Below the pieces are notes generated by a model. That model saw only the letters and a list, made by a program, of their open reading frames with translations. It made no database searches and was not told the DNA's origin. A stretch of 64,000 nucleotides of DNA from Callorhinchus milii (Eukaryota), in the NCBI RefSeq assembly GCF_018977255.1, contig NW_024704771.1, positions 3,410,001 through 3,474,000 on the forward strand. Reading direction: 5' to 3'. Positions 34,087-44,765 of this stretch are shown here, in pieces (the first letter of the stretch is position 1; the number at the start of each line of letters is the position of its first letter). Both the position numbers and the translations under genes were made by a program.

Positions 34087-34155
34087 AGCACGTACCAGCC
34101 ACCCAAGTTTCTCACCTCCTTCCAGCAGACTGCTGGTATCCTCCTTACCATCGCG
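34087..34155 (+). pseudogene. Degenerate third copy of the receptor leader exon
   Basis: ACG tac cag cca ccc aag ttt ctc acc tcc ttc cag cag act gct ggt atc ctc ctt acc atc gcg: clear paralog of the leader with ATG to ACG and no gtaagt donor. Confidence 0.75.
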
Positions 34156-34664
34156 CAGCACTTCGCTTCAATTCACTTTGTAGGATATTCTTTTGACATC
34201 TCAATGGCACCCTATCAAACGCAAGGATTATTATAATTCATATTATTTCTGACTCTTTTAGGGTTTGAAATTTTGTATGGTGTGCTGTGAAGTTAGATTG
34301 GTCGTGTAGTTTGAGGTTGTTAATAATAACCCTTGCACATATACACGCACTGACTGTATACTTGCGGGAGAAGCATGGCAGCCGATTGCACACCGCAAAC
34401 AGTCATAGATTGAGTGGCCACATTATTATTTAATAATTTCTTTTTTGAGTGATTATTATCCCCGGAACCAATCCACCAATCCAGTAAGAATCGGGTTCCT
34501 ACTTACTGCTGAGTAAACGGGCGCGTGTGTGGAGTAAGGAAACTTGCCCAATGTTTCTCCCTGCCCGGGAATCGTACCCAAGTCCTCTCGCTTGCGAGGC
34601 GAGTGCTCTAACCACTGAGCTACAGGACTCCATAATAATAATAATCCTTGCATTTGATAGAGTC

Positions 34665-35025
34665 CTGTAGCTCAGTGGTTAAGAGCATTCACCTCGCCAG
34701 CGAGATACCTGGGTTCGATTCCCACCGCGGCAAAATGTTGGCCAAGTTTCCTTACTCCACACGCTACCGTTTACCGAGCAACAAGTAGGACCTGGTTGTT
34801 TGTTAATCGATTTACAGATTGCTTTTCCGGGGGTAATAATTCCTTCAAAAATAATAATAATTTCTTCACGCAATCCACGACTCTCTGTGGGACGCTGCTG
34901 TGCGCAATTGGCTACCACATTTCGCCCACAAAATGTACAGTCAATTCACTTTGCAGCATATCCTGTGAAGCGCTTTCAGACGTCTCGAAGACGTGATAAG
35001 ACGCTATATTAAATACAAGGATTAA
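34665..35025 (+). mobile_element. tRNA-SINE, older long subfamily
   Basis: Head, central segment and tail present; sits head-to-head with a - strand copy ending at about 34631. Confidence 0.85.
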
Positions 35026-36049
35026 CATTAATATATAGCGCCTTATCGTGTTGTTGAGATATCTCAAAGCGCTTCACAATATACTGTAAAGTAAACTGAC
35101 TGTATTTTTTGGGTGATAATGCTCCTTTTCAGACATCTGTCTGCGTTCCCTTTGAAAGAATCGATGGATTCTGCCTCAACTGCATTTGTGTCAGAAAATT
35201 CCACAATGCCACAACCTATCGTGTAAAATATTGTTTTCGAACCAACACTTTAATTATTTTTTTAGGAGTAACTTAAATTTCTGGCCTCTCAATCCTGACT
35301 CACAGACATATGGATGCAATTATTTCTCGTGATGTTTTTTGACCGTTTGTGGGGCAGACGCTGCTGTGCGCAATTAGCCGCCGTGTTTCGCTCACAAAAT
35401 ACAGATTCAGTTCACTTTACAGTACATCCTGCAAAGCGCTTCGAAACGTCTCAACAACATGATAATGAACCATATCAAATGCAAAGCTTACTATTAGTAT
35501 TATTATTGACTAAATAGGATTTGCCTGTAACTCACACGGTCAGATTAAGTGTTATGGTCCCGACTGATATGACTTAGGTGAGTGAGTTTTATAGTAGATT
35601 CTGTGAAGCTGGATCAAGTGCAAGGATTATTATTATTATTAGAATTTTACAGCACAGAAGGCCACCGTGCCTGCTCTCTGGGGAGAGCTCTGTGTACGAC
35701 ATTCCTCTCCTGCCTTTTCCCCAAATACTTCCATGTTTTTCCTTCGAAATTTGTCAAATTCCCTTGTGAAAGCTCTGAAATGCTACAAAAAAAATCTTAA
35801 GCCCACACACCGGTGGCATTTCATTCCCCGTTCTATATATAACAGATCTTTTATTTACCAAGAGTAAATAGTAAAGTTTATTTATTGATTGCTAATAATA
35901 AATAAATTTATCTCTGGGGGTAAAAAAAAAAAGAATTTGGTCACTCAATCCACGACTGTTTTTTCCACAAAAAATATATACGCTCAATCCACTTTACAGT
36001 ATATTCTGTGAAGCGCATTGAGACATCTCAATGATGTGATAAGAGGCCC

Positions 36050-36351
36050 GTGGAGTCCTGTAGCTCAGTGGTTAGAGCACTCGCTTTGCAAGTGAGAGAC
36101 CTGAGTTCAATTCCAGGCAGAGGGCCAAACCTTGGGCAAGTTTCCTTACTCCACACAGAGCCTAATAATAATCCCTCCAAAACCAAAACCAATAATAAAT
36201 TGGTCATTTTCAATCCACGACTGTTTGTGGGACATCGCTGTCACAATTGGCTGCCGCGTTCGCCCACAAATATACAATCAATTCACTTTACAGTCTATTC
36301 GAGAAGATGTGAAAAGCCCTGTATCAAATGCAAGGATTATTATTATTATTA
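36050..36351 (+). mobile_element. tRNA-SINE, young subfamily, inserted in an older SINE tail
   Basis: Near-consensus copy with a partly deleted tail. Confidence 0.88.
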
Positions 36352-36719
36352 TGCTATTATTATATCAAATGCAAGGTTTATTACTATTATTTGGCCACAA
36401 GTCTCTTCACTCTACGATTAAGTATTTGTTGATTTCAGCGATTTAATTGAGTTTCTCTCTCTACTATGTTTTCAGTCTTCAATTGTAATTTCAGTGCATA
36501 AAGATTATTAATATATATATTACATAAGATCTCATACAATAATTTATTTTATAACCAGCTATTATTGTCAAAAGCGGTAACTATGTTTTATAGACATTTT
36601 ATAGACCACAGGCATTTTGCAGACTTCAAGCTCCGTAATAAAAGAAATAATAAAATAATAATTTAGTCACTCAATCCACCACTGTGTGTGGGACACTGCT
36701 GTGTGAAATTGGCTGCCGC

Positions 36720-37030
36720 ATTTCGCCAACAACAACAACACGACATTTTATAGAGCGCCTTTCATGTCGGGAGGACGTCCCAAAAGCGCTGAACAGTCGG
36801 GTGTCGGGGCCCGAGCGTGGGGGGGAGCGGTGGTGTAGGGGTGAGGGGAGGCAGAGAGGTGGGAGGGCGACCAAAGGCACGATCGAAGAGAAAGGTCTCG
36901 AGACCGGCCTTGCAGGAGGCGAGGGAGGAAGTGAGGCGAAGGGACTGTGGGATGGAGTTCCAGAGTGTGGGGGCAGAGAGGCTGAAAGCCCGGCCACCGA
37001 TGGTAGGGCGGGTCGGGCGGGAGACATGGA
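36720..37030 (-). mobile_element. L2 LINE 3' fragment
   Basis: L2 3' motifs and tail. Confidence 0.8.
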
Positions 37031-37811
37031 GTCACTACTCTCTGCCGTGTATCTTGTGAAGCACTTTTGAGACGCCTCGACAGCGTGAAGGCGCTACAGC
37101 AAATGTCAAATAGGAGATTTCCCCCAAAAAAATATGCCCATGATTTTCTGTCGCCACTTTAGTACAGATATCTCTCTCTGGAACGGTGTGTGATTTCCTC
37201 AGTGGCTGCTTTGTGGCATGCGCACCTCATATTTTGGGGCTTAAATATTAAAACATTCTTTAAATATAAAAAAAAATCGAAGACGTGAAAAGCGCTTCAT
37301 GAAATGCAAGGATTACGATATTTTTTTTTATTAAAAAAAATGTCCACGACACTCGCGCCTGCCAGAGCTTTATATCATGTCTTTACGTCAATCAATCATT
37401 GATCTTGACTGATACACACACAGACATTGTTTTACTAGTACAGTAATAATCTAATATAAAGTATAATATAAAATATATTAATATAATATAATGTAAAGTA
37501 TAATAATCATCCTTGTATATTTGATATAGCGCTTTTCACGTCTTCCAGTCGTCTCAAAGCGCTTCACAGAACAGACTGTAAAATGAATTGACTGCATATT
37601 TGTGGGCGAAACGCGGCCTTCAAACAGCCGCGGATTGAGGTGAACAAATCATTATTGGGTTTTTTGAGGGATTATCATCAGGCGTGTGGAGTAAGGAAAC
37701 TCGTCGAAGGTTTTATCCTGCCGGGAAATGAACCCAGGTCTCTCACTTGCGAGGCGAGTGATCTAATTACTGAGCTACAGGACTCCACAATTATATTAAT
37801 ATTATATTACA

Positions 37812-37993
37812 TTAATAATCTAATATAAAGTGTAATAATCTAATATAAAGTATAATAATCTAATATGATGTACAATAATCTAATATAAAGTATAATAATC
37901 TAATATAAAGTATAATAATCTAATATAAAGTATAATAATCTAATATAAAGTATGATAATCTAATATAAAGTATGATAATCTAATATAAAGTGT
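37812..37993. repeat. 20-bp AT-rich tandem repeat (taatctaatataaagtataa), about 9 units
   Basis: Direct reading. Confidence 0.93.
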
Positions 37994-38348
37994 TATAACA
38001 CTGAAATCTACAATCCATATTCGATTGTTTGGTTGCAAGCGTAACAGCAACGGGTACAACTAGTAACTATATAAGATGTTTATATAATCACGCAGGACAT
38101 CAATTTAACGTCTCATACAAGCGACAGCACCTCCAACAACACAACCCACCACAATATTTCACTGGGGTGTCAGGATTCTCACTCAGAGACGCGAGCCAGG
38201 CTCCAAGCCGAGCCGGGCTGACATATCTTGAGACTTAATGTAGAACGTGAAAAAGGAGACACAGACGTGTCTGTGCATTTCCAAGCTCACACGTGTAACA
38301 AATACTGCTTGGTGCAATCACACATTGGATGCCACGTATTTGTTTTTT

Positions 38349-38645
38349 TGCAAGTGAGAGACCTGAGTTCAATTCCAGGCAGAGGGTGAAACCTCGGGCA
38401 AGTTTCCTTACTCCACACAGAGCCTAATAATAATCCCTCCAAAACCAAAAACAATAATAAATTGGTCATTTTCAATCCACGACTGTTTGTGGGACATTGC
38501 TGTGCGCAATTGGCTGCCGCGTTCGCCCACAAATATACAGTCAATTCACTTTACAGTGTGTTCTGTGAAGCGCTTTGGGACGTCCTCCCGACGTGAAAAG
38601 CGCTATATCAAATGCAAGGATTATTATTATTATTATTATTATTGT
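38349..38645 (+). mobile_element. tRNA-SINE, young subfamily, 5' truncated
   Basis: Starts at ttgcaagtgagagacc; full 3' part. Confidence 0.88.
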
Positions 38646-39404
38646 TGTATAACAGATACAATGATCGGCCAGTGCATGCAATGTTATAACTAATAAATCA
38701 TAATTTAACCTTCGCCTTCGATATAGCGGCTCATCCCATTGTCGAGATGTCCCAAAGCGCTTCGCAGAATATACAGCCAAGCGAAGTTGGCCCACAAAAT
38801 ATACAGTCAATACACTTTTCAGTAAAATAATAATAATCCTTGCATTCGATTATCGTGCCTTGTCACGTGTTCGAGACTCTCAAAGCGCTTCACAGAATAT
38901 ACTGTAAAGTGAATTGACTGCATATTTTGTGGGCAAAACACGGCAGCCAATTACGCACAGCAGCGTCGTGGATTGAGTGACCAACTTAGTATTCTTATTA
39001 TTCTGAAGGAATTATTACCCCCGGAAACGCGATCCGCCAATCGACTGAACAACCGGGTTCGTACTTACTGCTCTAACCACTGAATGACAGGACTCTTTTG
39101 TGAATCCGTGAAGTGTTGTGAGATGTCGCCATGATGCGGTAAGGCGCTAGAGCAAATGCAAGGATTATTATTATTTTATGGACGCAACACGGCAGCCAAT
39201 TGCACACAGCAGGGTCCCACAAACACGTGGATTAAGTGACCAAATCATTATTTACTTTTATTTTTTTATTCTCGTCGATGAGGTCTGGGACCCAGGGTTT
39301 GGAAAGCCAAAGCTTATTTACTCCACACGTAAATTGCCACACATGGCAGTAAATTGGAAACCAGTTGTTAATTGATTGGCGGATCGCTTTCTGGGAGTAA
39401 TAAC

Positions 39405-39709
39405 AATAATAATCCTTGCATTTGATATAGCGCTTCTAGACGTCCCAAAGTGCATCACAGAACACACTGTAAAGTGAATTGAATGTATATTTGTGGGCGA
39501 ACGCGGCAGCCGATGGCGCACAGCAATGTCCCACAAACAGTCGTGGATTGAAAATGACCAATTTATTATTGTTTTTGGTTTTGGAGGGATTATTATTAGG
39601 CTCTGTGTGGAGTAAGGAAACTTGCCCGAGGTTTGGCCCTCTGCCTGGAATTGAACTCAGGTCTCTCGCTCGCAAAGCGAGTGCTCTAACCACTGAGCTA
39701 CAGGACTCC
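39405..39709 (-). mobile_element. tRNA-SINE, young subfamily, nested in an older SINE
   Basis: Near-consensus copy. Confidence 0.88.
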
Positions 39710-39933
39710 AAAAATTATCCCTAAAAAAATAAGTTGGTCACTCAGTCCGCGACAGTTTATGGGACCTTGCTGTGCGCAATTGGCTGCCACGTTTTGCCAA
39801 AATATATAGTCAAATCACTTTACAGTATATTCTGTGAAGCACTTTGAGACGTCCCAATGACATGACAAAGCGCTACATCAAATGTAAGGTTCATTATTAT
39901 TATTCTGATTATTATTATACTATTTTATCGCAG

Positions 39934-40317
39934 GCTCTGCTGAGGCCCTTGAACTGACTGTGCAGCAGACAGCGGTGAACGGCACATTGCATGGCTCAGT
40001 TCTCCTGCCAGTTTCATACAGAACCCCACGCAGTGATCACGTGAAAATTACCTGGACTTGCCAACATTCACTGAAACCAATCCTTGTGTATACGAGGTGG
40101 TGTACATTGTTGAGCTTCCAGGCATCTACATTAAATTGTTCTGGGACAGGAGACACCGCAAAATCCTACGAGAGTCGAACAACCATCTTTCCCGAGAATG
40201 CCTCACTACTACTTGACAACTTGGAATTGAATGACACCGGCACCTACACAGTTAAAGTTGAAACTGCAGGATTTTCACAAGCGAAAGAAATCAACCTAAC
40301 AGTTATCACAGAAACAG
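39934..40317 (+). CDS. Receptor B IgV exon, CD2/SLAM/CEACAM-type
   Basis: Same splice sites as the - copy, 384 nt, phase 1 to 1; five N-glycosylation sequons (NGT, NCS, NAS, NDT, NLT). Confidence 0.9.
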
Positions 40318-40966
40318 GTACGTTCAAGCTGACAATAATGATAGTAATAATGATAATCATCCTTGCATTTGATTATAGCGCCTTATCACGTCGTTGAGAC
40401 GTCTCAAAGCGCTTCACAGAATAACCTGTGAAGTGAATTGCTCGTGTAATTTGTCGTTGAAACGTGGCAGCCAATTGTGCGCAGCAGTGGCCACGAACAG
40501 CCGTGGTTCGAGCGACCAAATTTAAAAAAAATATGATTTATTTAATAATAAAACGGACGGGTGGATGGAGGGAGGGAAGGAGGGATGGACGGACAGGCAA
40601 CAACAACCACCAATTGGATTTGTAGAGTGCCTTTCATTTTGGGAGGACGTCCCAAGGGCAGACAGACCGATGGATGGGGAGGCACCAGCGATGAGGAAGA
40701 TACTAAAAATGAATATGTCCTAAGTCAAATGACAAATTGGGAAACTGAAAATGTACAATGGTGGAAAAGCAGCAATGCCTTTCTGCTGATTCTGACTGTT
40801 AATCACATAACCTCCTTACACAGACATGTGCGGACTCGTAGACACAGACAGGTTACACAGACGCCTGCTGATACTGGGAGAGAGAGCGAGAGGAGGTTAA
40901 CCACTGTCCCCCGCGCACACGCTTGCTGAATGCAACAACTCATGAAATAAGAGCTAACAGACTTTT

Positions 40967-41225
40967 GTGGCTGTGTTGGCTCAGTGGTAGCGCTCTGGCC
41001 TCTGTGTGGGTTCAAGCCCCAACTCGGGACTTGGAATCATCACAGTCTAAGCTGATGCAGCGCTGGGGAGAGATTGCATTGCTGGAGACGCTGTCCTTTG
41101 GATGAGACGTTAAACCGAGGTCCCGTCTGCCTGTTCAGGTGGATGTTAAAGATCTCCTGCGGCGCTGTTTGAAAAGAGAGGGGAGTTCCTCTCTCTCCGG
41201 GTGTCCTGGCCAACAATCCCCCAAA
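40967..41225 (+). mobile_element. DeuSINE-type SINE (tRNA head plus Deu domain)
   Basis: gctgtcctttggatgagacgttaaaccgaggtcc...gttaaagatc...gaaaagagaggg...gtgtcctggccaac resembles the Deu domain as recalled. Mirror copy at about 27560-27780 (-); fragments at about 24755-24880 and 46345-46460. Confidence 0.75.
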
Positions 41226-41693
41226 TAAGATTGATCACTCACTCCATGGCTGTTGTGGGCCACTTCTGTGTGCAAATTGGTTGCCGCGTTTCACAGTCAC
41301 GACACTGTACATCACGACACAGTATATCCTGTGAAGCATATAGCAGTGAGCCACAAAGAGTCGTGAATTGAGTGACCAAATTATTGTTGCCATTATTTTG
41401 GGAGGAGGAGGCATTATTCGCCCCGAAAGCAAACCGCCAATCAACTATCAACTTGCTGCTCGTAAACAGAGGCGCGTGGAGTAATGAAATGCATCCTCTG
41501 GTAATTGGACCCAGGTCCCATCACTTGCGAGGTGAGCGCTCTAACCAATATGCAACGGGACACTGCTGTGCGCAAGTGGCTGCTACGTTTTGCCGAGAAA
41601 ATGTCCAGGCAATCCACTTCACCGTATATCCTGTAAAGCGCTGTGAGGCGCGATAAGGCGCGATATCGATTGCAAGGATTATTATTATTTTTA

Positions 41694-42237
41694 TGAAGCA
41701 GATTTCTATGGTTTTGATGTGACCGACAAGCCCAGTAAAGTGTTAGAGTTTGGGCAGATGGTAATATGGTTTCCTCTGCTTCAGAGTTTTGAAGTCACGG
41801 TCAGACTGATGAGGTCATGGAAATAATGCTGTAAACGTAGCCGGGCTGTACTTTATAAGCTTACGCTAATCTCTGAATGAGAGGATATGAAGCCATCGAT
41901 TCTTATCGCGATTCTCTGCTCTTTCGACCCACATTGGTATTGAAGCGAAGTGCTTAGTGCATTTGCCTCGCAAGCGAGAGGACCTGGTTTGATTTCCGGG
42001 CAGGGCAAAACCTTAGCCTATGTCGACCTAGCAGCAGGTAGGAACCCAGTTGTTAAACGATTAGCAGATCGCTTTTCCATGGGTAATAATTCCTCAGAAA
42101 AAAATTCCTCATCTTCGTGTCAGTCCAGACTGACCCCGACTTCAAAACTCTGAACCAGAGGAAACCACATTACCATCTGCCCAAACTAACACTCACTGGG
42201 CTTGTAGGCCACTTAGAAACCATAGAAATCGACTTCA
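41694..42237. mobile_element. Foldback/MITE-like element with terminal inverted repeats of about 110 bp
   Basis: 41694-41809 is the reverse complement of about 42126-42237 with scattered mismatches; a SINE head lies inside. Confidence 0.7.
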
Positions 42238-42525
42238 CTCAATCCACGACTGTTTGTGGGACGCTGCTGTGCACAATTGGCAGCCGTGTTTCACCTACAA
42301 AATTCACAAGTCAATCCACTTTACAGTATATTCTGTGAAGCACTTTGAGACGTCTCAACCTGATAAGGCGCTATAACAATTGCAAGGATTATTACTATCA
42401 TATCATGTCATAAACACCGCATTATCAATGTTATATATGTCATAAACACCGCATTATCAATGTTATATATAATCAGCTTTATATATTACCAGTATCTGAT
42501 AACATGTGGACTTACTTGCCTTCAG

Positions 42526-42654
42526 TAAACAACAGCACCGGTTTGCTTCCGAACAACACAACGGATGCGGGTGGCAGTATAATTCCCATGGTTGTTGTTC
42601 CTGGCTCCATATGTACAGTCTTGGTTCTGTACTGCCTCGCTCGAAAGCGAACCG
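42526..42654 (+). CDS. Receptor B stalk/TM exon: VNNSTGLLPNNTTDAGGSIIPMVVVPGSICTVLVLYCLARKRT
   Basis: cttgccttcag| acceptor, |gtgagt donor, phase 1 to 1, uncharged 21-aa TM, RKR stop-transfer. Confidence 0.87.
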
Positions 42655-43035
42655 GTGAGTGCATCTTAATGTTTGCGTTTTCAAGGTCCTCTCACTCCTC
42701 TTCAAATACCTCATGCCCTGTTACCACCCTACCTCTCTGACCTGATTTCTCCTCAACCCACTACCCACCGCCTCCGTTTGACTTGCTCCGGCCTCCTGCT
42801 TGTCCCTCGTGCTCCACCATCGGCAGCCGCACTTTCAGCCCGAAGCTTTGCGACTCTCTCCCTCAATCACTCCACCTCGCCCCCTCCCTCCCCTCTTTTA
42901 GATCATGACCGAAGACCTTCCTCTTCAACCGTGATCAAGTGCTCTGGAGTGCCACCCTGCGTGAGCTATCAATGCAAACGTGTTGTTCAGATCGCTCTGT
43001 GTATTAATGCCTTTGGTTAACTGTTTTTAATTTAG

Positions 43036-43097
43036 CTGCAGGACGAAGGAGCAAGGGATTGGATGTGGCAGCAGACACTGGCGAGGCAGTGGCCCAG
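43036..43097 (+). CDS. Receptor B cytoplasmic exon 1 (AAGRRSKGLDVAADTGEAVAQ)
   Basis: tttttaatttag| acceptor (second in-frame AG 6 nt downstream), |gtaagc donor, phase 1 to 0. Confidence 0.8.
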
Positions 43098-43764
43098 GTA
43101 AGCACTGCTTCCATTATTGCAGCTCAAAACCAGTTACTTATAATAATAATAATAATAATAAACCTTGCATTTGATATAGCGCCTTATCAAGTCATTGAGA
43201 TGTCTCAAAGCACTTCACAGAATATACTGTAAAGTGTAGTGACAAAATACAGTAGCCAATTGCACACAGCAGTGTCCCACAGTCATCGATTGAGTGACCA
43301 AATTATTACTATTATTATTTTTGGAGGGATCATTACCCCCGGAAAGCGATCTGCCAATCGACTAACAACTGGGTAAGTACTTGGTAAGTACTGGGTAAAC
43401 AGAGGCGTGTGAAATAAGGAAATACGCCGAAGGTTTCACCCAACCCAGGAATCTAACCACGGTCCTCTCAATATATACTGTAAACTCCTGATAAATCGTC
43501 ACTCCAGGGGGATATGCAGCCAGGATTTTGACAGCACGGTAACTTAAGTTGTAGTGACCAAGTTAAACCAGGGTCAAATTATCAGGAATCTACCCAAAAT
43601 ACTCGGTCACTACACTTCACAGTATATTCTGTGAAGCACTTTGAGACATCTCAAATGTTCCGATAAGGCTCTGCCCGATAACGGGTCTGGCCGATCAGAA
43701 TAAAATCTTGTTTATGTGGTAGCTAGGAGGTTGGTAAACTCTAAACTCTGCTGTTTGTGTCCAG

Positions 43765-43899
43765 GATGCTGATGGCCACACACCTTCTGAGACCATTGTC
43801 TACGCAATGATCAGCAACTTCCCAAGTGAACCCCGTCACGGAGCAGGAAGTAGGACATCAGATCTAGCCATGGAGTACGCTTCAATTAGATTCAAATAA
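43765..43899 (+). CDS. Receptor B terminal exon with two ITIM-type motifs (IVYAMI, MEYASI)
   Basis: ctgtttgtgtccag| acceptor, phase 0, DADGHTPSETIVYAMISNFPSEPRHGAGSRTSDLAMEYASIRFK*. Confidence 0.87.
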   Translation, partial: DADGHTPSETIVYAMISNFPSEPRHGAGSRTSDLAMEYASIRFK

Positions 43900-44759
43900 T
43901 AATAATAATAATCCTTATGTTCGACATAGCGCCTTATCACGCTGTTGAGACGTTTCAAAGCACTTCAGAGAAAACACGGTAAAGTGACTGTATTTTGTGA
44001 CAGCCAATTGCGCACAGCAGCGTCCCACAAACACACACGGTCGTGGGTTGAGTGACCACATTATTTTTTTCGACTAACAACTTTTTTGACTACTTACTGC
44101 TCGGTAAACGGAGGCGTGTGCGTGGAGTAAGGAAACTAGACTATGGTTTCACCCCTCCCGGGAATCAAACCCGGGTCCTCTCGCTTGCACTAACCACTAC
44201 ACTACACGATGCAACCTAAGCAGTGCAGAGGATTGGCATTTCTCCTGGTATCAGCTTGAAGACTGTTATACCCTCAACATTCAAGACTGCGACAAATTGT
44301 TGGAAAAAAAGTCTTCGTTTCAGTCTTTTAATCAATTTTAAGCAAAACAGCTTTCAAATTCGGCTGATTTTAAGAACTTTTCATGATAGATTTTATATTG
44401 TAGGGGCGAAACCTTAGGCAAGTTTCCTTACTCCGCATGCCTCTGTTCACCTCGCAGTAAGTAGGAACCTGGTTGTTAGTGGATTGGTTTTTTTTTGTGC
44501 TGTGTAAATGTTATCTGCTGTTGTTATTTTAACTTTTTTTGACCCATGAAAAGAGGGTGGACAAAAGGAATTCAAAGATCTGCCACGATATAATAAACTG
44601 GCAGAACAGGCTCAATGTGCTGAATAGTGCTCCTCCTGTTCCTTATCTGAAACTCACTCCAAAGTCGGTCCATTAGTAATGCTGGCACTGAATTTTTGCT
44701 TCTCACTAACCTCTCCTTGTTACATTTCCAAGCTTCTCACTGAGCATGTTTAACGGATA

Positions 44760-44765
44760 AATAAA
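44760..44765 (+). promoter_or_regulatory. Candidate polyadenylation signal for receptor B
   Basis: AATAAA in non-repeat sequence about 860 bp after the stop. Confidence 0.3.

Noticed and set aside
37812-37993. CRISPR-like arrays among the tandem repeats
   Set aside because: Units are contiguous with no unique spacers, and the context is eukaryotic.
27595-41154. Idea that the inverted duplication is purely an assembly artefact
   Set aside because: The copies have distinct TM and tail exons, distinct intron insertions and coherent amino-acid differences. It is still not formally excluded without long reads.
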